Under the pieces are notes generated by a model. The model was given only the letters and a program-made list of their open reading frames with translations, was not told where the DNA came from and made no database searches. 32,000 bases of DNA from Moraxella nasicaprae. GTDB lineage: Bacteria; Pseudomonadota; Gammaproteobacteria; Pseudomonadales; Moraxellaceae. Of the stretch, positions 26,154 through 32,000 are shown piece by piece. Each line of letters opens with the position of its first letter. The first letter of the stretch is position 1. Where the stretch lies: assembly GCF_025643275.1 (NCBI RefSeq), contig NZ_CP089977.1, positions 900,001-932,000 on the forward strand, given 5' to 3'. The translations under genes were made by a program, and so were the position numbers.

Positions 26154-27065
26154 ATGCCTGCCAATTTTATCCAACAAACCACCACCTTGTCCGACTGCGT
26201 TGGGCAAACCCCCTTAGTCAAGCTAAACCGTTTGGGTCAGGATACATCAGCAACCCTGCTTGCCAAACTTGAAGGCAATAACCCAGCAGGCTCAGTCAAA
26301 GACCGACCTGCCTTTAATATGATTTTTCAGGCTGAACAGCGAGGTCAAATCAAGGCAGGCGACACACTCATTGAGGCAACCTCTGGCAACACAGGCATTG
26401 CTTTGGCGATGGTGGCTGCCATGCGTGGTTATAAGATGACCTTGCTGATGCCAAAAAACTCTACCCAAGAACGCAAAGATGCGATGGCAGCCTATGGGGC
26501 GACTTTGATTGAAGTGGAAGAGGGTATGGAGGCAGCTCGTGACATGGCACTACAAATGCAGGCTGACGGGCTTGGCGTGGTGCTTGACCAGTTCAATAAT
26601 GACGACAACAAAAACGCCCACTACCTGACCACAGGCCCTGAAATCTGGGAACAAACCGCAGGCAAAATCACTCACTTTGTCAGCTCAATGGGAACGACAG
26701 GCACCATCATGGGTGTCAGCAAATTTTTAAAAGAAAAAAACCCCAACATTCAAGTCATTGGCTTGCAACCAGACGACCATTCAAGCATTGCTGGTATTCG
26801 CCGTTGGCCCAAGGCATATTTGCCAGGTATTTTTGATGCCTCTTTGGTCGATACCGTGATGGACATCAGCCAAAAAAATGCTGAAATCTATATGCGAAAA
26901 CTTGCCAAAGAAGAAGGGATTTTTTGTGGCGTATCGTCAGGCGGTGCAGCATGGGCAGCCCATCAAATCGCCAAGCAAAATCCTGATGCCGTCATCGCTT
27001 TCATCGTTTGTGACCGAGGCGACCGCTATTTATCAACAGGATTATTTGGCATCACAGATGAATAA
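26154..27065 (+). CDS. cysM: Cysteine synthase B (CysM)
   Basis: 303-aa ORF nearly collinear with E. coli CysM (GNTPLVKL-like, LEGNNPAGSVKDR, EATSGNTGIALAM, HFVSSMGTTGTI, GIRRWP, CDRGDRYLSTG). Confidence 0.95.
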   Translation: MPANFIQQTTTLSDCVGQTPLVKLNRLGQDTSATLLAKLEGNNPAGSVKDRPAFNMIFQAEQRGQIKAGDTLIEATSGNTGIALAMVAAMRGYKMTLLMPKNSTQERKDAMAAYGATLIEVEEGMEAARDMALQMQADGLGVVLDQFNNDDNKNAHYLTTGPEIWEQTAGKITHFVSSMGTTGTIMGVSKFLKEKNPNIQVIGLQPDDHSSIAGIRRWPKAYLPGIFDASLVDTVMDISQKNAEIYMRKLAKEEGIFCGVSSGGAAWAAHQIAKQNPDAVIAFIVCDRGDRYLSTGLFGITDE

Positions 27066-27092
27066 TGCTGACTGACATTTGACAAGGAAAGA

Positions 27093-27872
27093 ATGATGTT
27101 TCAGACACCCGTGATGGTCTTTGATATTGAAACCATACCAGACATCGACACAGGCAAAAGGCTATATCCTAGCATCAAGAACCTTGATGATGATGACGCC
27201 TTGACCGCCCTGATTGCCATGCGTCAAGCCGAAGCTGGCAATGATTTTATGCGTCTGCCACTACACAAAATCGCTTGCTTGTCTTTTTTATGGTTTGGCG
27301 ATGGACAGTTTCATCTAAAAACCCTATCCATCGACACGATGAGCGAGTCAGAAATTTTGAGTACTTTTTTAAGGGCATTTGCCAAAAAGCCCACGCTCAT
27401 CTCGTGGAATGGGGCTGGTTTTGACTTGCCCGTCCTGCTATATCGCATGACACATCATGGACTGGACGCATCTGCTTTGGTTAATGCAGGGTTTCAACGA
27501 CAAGACTATCTGTATCGATACAGCGATAAACACATCGACTTGATGGAAAAATACTCGTTTGGTGCATGGAATAATAAACAAAAACTAGATACCGTTGCCA
27601 GTCTGTGCGGTTTTGCTGGCAAACAAGACATTGACGGCTCACAAGTTGTGCCTATGGTACAGGCAGGCGAATGGCAAAAACTTGCCACTTATTGTGAGTC
27701 TGATGTGCTAAACACTTGGCTTTTGTACTTACGCTGGCTACTACTTTATGGCAAACTTGACCAGCAAGCGGTGGAATTTTTGAACGCACAAACTCATGAA
27801 TTTGTCCAAAGCCAACAAAATGATGATGGCACGATACGCCATCAAGGATTTTTGGACGCTTGGCAAAGATGA
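27093..27872 (+). CDS. Predicted 3'-5' exonuclease, PolB-exonuclease-like/RNase H fold
   Basis: 259-aa ORF with VFDIETIPD (ExoI-like DxE), SWNGAGFDLPVL (ExoII-like) and YCESDVLNT (ExoIII-like), preceded by an AAGGAAAGA Shine-Dalgarno. Confidence 0.7.
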   Translation: MMFQTPVMVFDIETIPDIDTGKRLYPSIKNLDDDDALTALIAMRQAEAGNDFMRLPLHKIACLSFLWFGDGQFHLKTLSIDTMSESEILSTFLRAFAKKPTLISWNGAGFDLPVLLYRMTHHGLDASALVNAGFQRQDYLYRYSDKHIDLMEKYSFGAWNNKQKLDTVASLCGFAGKQDIDGSQVVPMVQAGEWQKLATYCESDVLNTWLLYLRWLLLYGKLDQQAVEFLNAQTHEFVQSQQNDDGTIRHQGFLDAWQR

Positions 27873-27882
27873 CCTGACCAAT

Positions 27883-27913
27883 AAAAAAACCGCTCGATAT
27901 AAGCGGTTTTTTT
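27883..27913. terminator. Bidirectional rho-independent terminator between the convergent exonuclease and MFS genes
   Basis: AAAAAAACCGCT-CGATATA-AGCGGTTTTTTT. Confidence 0.8.
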
Positions 27914-27933
27914 AAGCTGTATTCCAGCTAGGC

Positions 27934-29259
27934 TTAGGCATTGGTCAAATCCAAATCTTTGGTCTCTTTTGAATACCAAAACGCAACGAAGCTCAGCACG
28001 GCATTGGCAGCCAAATACAATCCCACGCCCATCATGCCAAAATTTTCGTTAATTTTCATGGCAACAATGGTCGCAATCGATGCCCCTGTGATTGCCGCCA
28101 AATTATAGGCAAGGCTTGAACCAGTATAACGCACTTGGGTAGGAAAAATCTCTGGTAAGATTGCCGCCACAGGACCAAAAGTGATGCCCATCAAGGTAAA
28201 TCCAATGACCAAGAACGCCAGCACCGAGCTTGGTGTACCGCCATCTAAGAATGCAGGCAACAACAACCCAAAAATACCAATGGCAACCGTCACGATTAAC
28301 TGCAAACGGCGGCGACCAATTTTATCACTGATTTTTCCAGACAAACTGACAAAAATGGCGAACACCACCGCACCAATCAACAAAAACCCTGTGTATGTAT
28401 TGGCGGGAATACCCAGCCCCATCTGATGACCTGCATCTGAAAAAGTGGCGGGTGCTTTTGAATACACTTGGGCAAAGGCGGTCATGATATAAAACAAAAC
28501 ATACAAAGCGGTAATCATCAAAGTCCCTTGCAAAATCTGCAACCAATGATGCTTAAAGACATCAATCGTTGGTGTGCCTTGCGTTTTGCCAGCCTCTTCT
28601 GCCACTTCAAACACCCGACTTTCTTTGAGCGTCAATCGCATATACAAGCCAACCGCCACCAATAAAATCGAAGCAATGAACGGAATACGCCAGCCCCATT
28701 CAACCAACGCCTCATGACCAATGGCAAGACTGATGATGAAAAACACCGCATTTGCCATAAACAAACCAATGGGAGCCCCCAGCTGAGGAAAAGTGCCAAA
28801 CCATGCTCGTTTTTCTGGGGGTGCATTCTCAACCGCCACCAATGCCGCTCCGCCCCATTCGCCGCCCAAGCCAATGCCTTGACCGACACGAAATACACAC
28901 AACAAAATCGGTGCCCAAATGCCAATATCTGCATAAGTTGGCAATAGTCCAATGGCAACGGTGGATAATCCCATCAACAATAGCGAGGCAACCAAAGTTT
29001 TTTTACGACCAATCTTGTCGCCAAAATAACCAAAAAGCAATGAGCCAAATGGTCGAGCAATGAACGCCAATGCCAATGTGGATAACGACAACAAAGTCGC
29101 CACCGCAGGGTCAGATTTATCAAAAAACTGGGTGCTAAACACCAATACAGCCGCAGCGGCATAGATATAATAATCATAAAATTCAATCGCTGTACCCACC
29201 ATTGATGAGATGGCGACTTTGTAGGGGTTATTGTTTAACGGCTGTGTTGAAGCTGTCAT
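27934..29259 (-). CDS. MFS transporter, metabolite:H+ symporter (MHS) family (ProP/KgtP/ShiA-like)
   Basis: 441-aa ORF with 12 predicted TM segments. GYFGDKIGRKKTL and GGEWGGAALVAVENAPPEKRAWFGTFPQLGAPIG are typical of MHS-family carriers. The substrate cannot be called. Confidence 0.85.
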   Translation of the reverse strand: MTASTQPLNNNPYKVAISSMVGTAIEFYDYYIYAAAAVLVFSTQFFDKSDPAVATLLSLSTLALAFIARPFGSLLFGYFGDKIGRKKTLVASLLLMGLSTVAIGLLPTYADIGIWAPILLCVFRVGQGIGLGGEWGGAALVAVENAPPEKRAWFGTFPQLGAPIGLFMANAVFFIISLAIGHEALVEWGWRIPFIASILLVAVGLYMRLTLKESRVFEVAEEAGKTQGTPTIDVFKHHWLQILQGTLMITALYVLFYIMTAFAQVYSKAPATFSDAGHQMGLGIPANTYTGFLLIGAVVFAIFVSLSGKISDKIGRRRLQLIVTVAIGIFGLLLPAFLDGGTPSSVLAFLVIGFTLMGITFGPVAAILPEIFPTQVRYTGSSLAYNLAAITGASIATIVAMKINENFGMMGVGLYLAANAVLSFVAFWYSKETKDLDLTNA

Positions 29260-29410
29260 GATACATATTCCTTAGGCTGATTATCCAAATATCCCCTATA
29301 TTACTAAAAGTTTTATAATTTTGTAAATATAAAATTTTTGGTTTGCTAATAACCATCGGTTATCATCATGATGATATTTTTGGGCATGGCAAATGATGCT
29401 TAGCATGAAT

Positions 29411-29443
29411 AAAAAAACCAAGCCTCATTCAGCTTGGTTTTTT
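29411..29443. terminator. Rho-independent terminator 3' of the FAD oxidoreductase gene
   Basis: AAAAAAACCAAGC-CTCATTCA-GCTTGGTTTTTT, which reads as a hairpin plus T7 on the minus strand immediately after the stop at 29448. Confidence 0.8.
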
Positions 29444-29447
29444 ACCA

Positions 29448-30827
29448 TCATTCAAACCAGATTTTATCAGGATTCATAATGTTATTTGGGTCAATGGCAG
29501 ACTTGATGGCTTTCATCACGGCGATTGCCTCATCACCATGTTCTAATGCCATATAAGCTCTTTTGCCCTGTCCGACACCGTGTTCGCCTGTACAAGTACC
29601 GTCCATTGCAATGGCTCGCTTGGCAAGCCTTGACAAAATGTCTTTGGTTTTTTGAATGTCGTCAGGATTGTTTTTGTCAAGTAACAGCAATACATGAAAA
29701 TTGCCATCGCCCACATGCCCAACCACAGGGGCTGTCATTCCCTGTTCTTTGATGTCGGCAACTGTCTGCCCAACGCATTCAGCAAGGCGTGAAATGGGTA
29801 CGCACGCATCAGTAGATAAGCTCTCAAAATCAGGTTTTAGGGCTTTGGCAGCATAGTAGGCATTGTGGCGGGCTGTCCACAGTTTTTTGCGTTCGCTTTC
29901 ATCTTGGCTGTATGTAAAACCAAAACCGCCAAACTCTTCAATAATCCCTGCAAAAATCTGGGCTTGTTCTGCAACCCCATTGGCAGTACCGTGAAACTCC
30001 ACAAATAAAGTAGGCGTTTCTTGCAGATTTAATTTTGAATAGGCATTGCACGCCTTAATCTGTGTACCATCAAGCAATTCAAGTCTTGCGACAGGTAAAC
30101 CATACTGAATGGTCAGCATGACCGCCTGACACGCCCCATCAATATCATTAAAATGACACAGACCACTGCCCACACAGTCAGGCTGCCCAAATAATTTGAC
30201 TGTAATTTCGGTAATGATGCCCAGCGTACCCTCCGAGCCAATCATCAATCTTGTTAAATCATAGCCTGCTGAGGATTTTTTGGCACGAGTGCCTGTTTTG
30301 ATAATATCGCCATTTGGCAACACCACTTCAAGACACAAAACCACATCTTTCATTGTCCCATATTTAACCGCATTTGTGCCAGAGGCACGAGTGGCACACA
30401 TACCACCAATACTGGCGTTTGCACCAGGGTCTATGGGGAAAAATAATCCTGTGTGGCGTAAGGCTTCATTCAGCTGTTCACGAGTAACCCCAGCTTCTAC
30501 GGTGGCGGTCAAATCCTCAGCATCAATACGAACAATATTCGTCATTTGCGACATATCAATACACAATCCACCGTGAGGGGCATTTAATTGCCCCTCCAAT
30601 GATGAACCTGTCCCAAAGGCAATGACGGGCATTTTGTGGGCGTTACAAATTTTGACCGCCTCACTGATTTGCTGTTTGTTTGTGACGGTCAATACCGCAT
30701 CGGGAGCCTCAGTTTCAATCCAGCTCATCGTGTGAGCGTGTTGCTGGCGAACAGTTGGATTGGTGCTTAGGGCTTTGCCAAAGGTTTGACTAAGCTTGGC
30801 GATGGCCTCTGAAAATCGTTCGTTCAT
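29448..30827 (-). CDS. FAD-binding oxidoreductase, GlcD/D-lactate dehydrogenase (cytochrome) family
   Basis: 459-aa ORF with a PCMH-type FAD-binding domain (VIAFGTGSSLEGQ, GANASIGGMCATRASG) and the C-terminal motif GTCTGEHGVGQGKR typical of GlcD/Dld-like enzymes. Confidence 0.85.
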   Translation of the reverse strand: MNERFSEAIAKLSQTFGKALSTNPTVRQQHAHTMSWIETEAPDAVLTVTNKQQISEAVKICNAHKMPVIAFGTGSSLEGQLNAPHGGLCIDMSQMTNIVRIDAEDLTATVEAGVTREQLNEALRHTGLFFPIDPGANASIGGMCATRASGTNAVKYGTMKDVVLCLEVVLPNGDIIKTGTRAKKSSAGYDLTRLMIGSEGTLGIITEITVKLFGQPDCVGSGLCHFNDIDGACQAVMLTIQYGLPVARLELLDGTQIKACNAYSKLNLQETPTLFVEFHGTANGVAEQAQIFAGIIEEFGGFGFTYSQDESERKKLWTARHNAYYAAKALKPDFESLSTDACVPISRLAECVGQTVADIKEQGMTAPVVGHVGDGNFHVLLLLDKNNPDDIQKTKDILSRLAKRAIAMDGTCTGEHGVGQGKRAYMALEHGDEAIAVMKAIKSAIDPNNIMNPDKIWFE

Positions 30828-31126
30828 TTTTATCCCTTAATAGTAACAAACAAAAAACTGGCTAAGACTGGGTCAGTCCAACCGCATCAATCCATCGCTG
30901 ATTTGGCAATTGATTGACGGTAAATAGACGCAATCATCAAAACCATTTACCAATAATAATCCGAAATCAACATCATGGTCAATAGCAATCAACACTCCTG
31001 CCATCTGATTGATTTATATCTAAAATGCTTGATTGGCAATTTGTCAATTTTTCACAAAAGCCATCGACTTTTTTTCAAAAAAACTTAGATAGATGGTCTA
31101 TTTTTACCGAATAGCTTGGCAAAGCA

Positions 31127-31135
31127 TGCTATAAT
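31127..31135 (+). promoter_or_regulatory. Candidate extended -10 promoter (TGCTATAAT) for rlmD
   Basis: TGnTATAAT ~45 nt upstream of the ATG at 31181. Confidence 0.35.
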
Positions 31136-31180
31136 GGGCAGTTTTTATTTACCCACCTTTTTTGGCAGGCAAACATCACA

Positions 31181-32000
31181 ATGACAACTCTCATCAACGC
31201 CCCCTCAAAAAAATCTGGCAAACTGACCGCCAGAACCCGTAAACGCTTGCAGGACGCACCGCCTGTCAATTTTAACATCACAGGTCTTGCCCACGATGGG
31301 CGAGGTGTTAGTAGTTACGGCATTGGCGAACACGACCACCCAGCCGATAAACTGGGCAAGAAAGTTTTTGTCAGCTTTGCTTTGCCTGGCGAAACCGTCA
31401 CCGCCAAACTTCGCAATAGCAAAAAAACCTTCGAAGAAGCGGACGCTCTATCCGTCATTGGCGACCCAAACCCAGAACGCCAAACACCGCCTTGCCCACA
31501 TTTTGGGGTGTGTGGCGGTTGTAGCTTGCAACATTGGCACCCTGACGGACAAATCAATTTCAAACAATCCGTCCTAGCAGAACTATTACAGCATCAAGCA
31601 GGGGTGCAACCTCAGCAATGGCTACCACCTTTGACCGCCGACCGCTTAGGCTATCGTACCAAGGCTCGCATGGGCGTGCGTTATGTCGCCAAAAAAGATT
31701 CGGCATTAGTGGGTTTTCGTGAAAGAGCCAGCAATTTTCTGGCAAATTTGGACGAATGTCATATCTTAGACCTCAGAGTTGGCGAGCAAATCACCGCCCT
31801 CAAACAGCTCATCACTACTCTTGACGGACGAGACCACATCGCACAGCTAGAATTGGCGATGGGCGAAAGTCTGGCACACATCGCAGACAGTCAAAAATCT
31901 GTGGCAGTGATTGTGCGTCATTTACAGCCACTGAGCGATGGCGACATAGACAAACTACAAACATTTTTTGCTGACAGAAATTGGCAACTGTTCTTGCAGC
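31181..32000 (+). CDS. rlmD: 23S rRNA (uracil1939-C5)-methyltransferase RlmD (RumA), 5' partial: runs off the window
   Basis: This frame is open from the ATG at 31181 to the window end and is not in the ORF track because it has no stop. My own translation shows a TRAM-like N-terminus ([11 protein letters not shown]...[12 protein letters not shown]) and the 4Fe-4S cysteine cluster [14 protein letters not shown] typical of RlmD. Confidence 0.85.
   Translation, partial: MTTLINAPSKKSGKLTARTRKRLQDAPPVNFNITGLAHDGRGVSSYGIGEHDHPADKLGKKVFVSFALPGETVTAKLRNSKKTFEEADALSVIGDPNPERQTPPCPHFGVCGGCSLQHWHPDGQINFKQSVLAELLQHQAGVQPQQWLPPLTADRLGYRTKARMGVRYVAKKDSALVGFRERASNFLANLDECHILDLRVGEQITALKQLITTLDGRDHIAQLELAMGESLAHIADSQKSVAVIVRHLQPLSDGDIDKLQTFFADRNWQLFLQ

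Noticed and set aside
30828-31126. ~300-nt gene-free region upstream of rlmD, considered for an sRNA, riboswitch or small gene
   Set aside because: I could identify no ORF of 60 aa or more, no convincing hairpin-plus-T-run terminator, and no recognisable riboswitch core by eye. The evidence is insufficient to call anything.
31287-31745. ORFs 31287-31577 (+), 31315-31563 (-) and 31560-31745 (-)
   Set aside because: They are off-frame or antisense to the open rlmD frame that starts at 31181, which carries the TRAM and Fe-S cluster motifs.

Overview
This looks like a chromosomal segment of a gammaproteobacterium. Moraxellaceae-like is my guess from protein similarities and AT-leaning codon usage, and it is not verifiable here. 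Most of the window is ordinary housekeeping: uvrA, nadD-rsfS, two NUDIX hydrolases, dtd, a decayed biotin cluster (bioA, a bioF'/bioC'-like remnant, bioD), ybaN, hemO, psd, gltS, purL, a DUF2799 lipoprotein, a BarA/GacS-type hybrid sensor kinase, cysM, a PolB-like 3'-5' exonuclease, an MHS-family MFS transporter, a GlcD/Dld-type FAD oxidoreductase and the 5' part of rlmD. The exception is a visibly AT-rich islet at about 8.6-14.2 kb, between bioA and the 3' end of tRNA-Ser(GGA). It carries two translationally coupled genes. One encodes a 304-aa methyltransferase-like protein with no NPPY motif. The other encodes a 1431-aa fusion of a T5orf172/GIY-YIG-like module, an SF2 DEAH helicase, a long coiled-coil-like spacer, a gamma-class N6-adenine methyltransferase (NPPY) and a C-terminal recognition region. 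The logic resembles Type ISP restriction-modification, but I do not recognise this architecture as a characterised family. Upstream of the operon is a (GCTGAACG)x~22 microsatellite inside a short ATG-initiated upstream ORF, followed by an intrinsic terminator. In exactly one of the three frames, the reading frame leaving the repeat runs through the terminator hairpin and stops at a TGA overlapping the operon's ATG. This suggests a repeat-number-dependent ON/OFF switch, and the sequenced allele sits in a predicted OFF frame. A second, in-frame 15-bp tandem repeat (PLIGE x3) lies in the recognition region of the large protein. All functional calls come from motif recognition by eye; no database search was possible.
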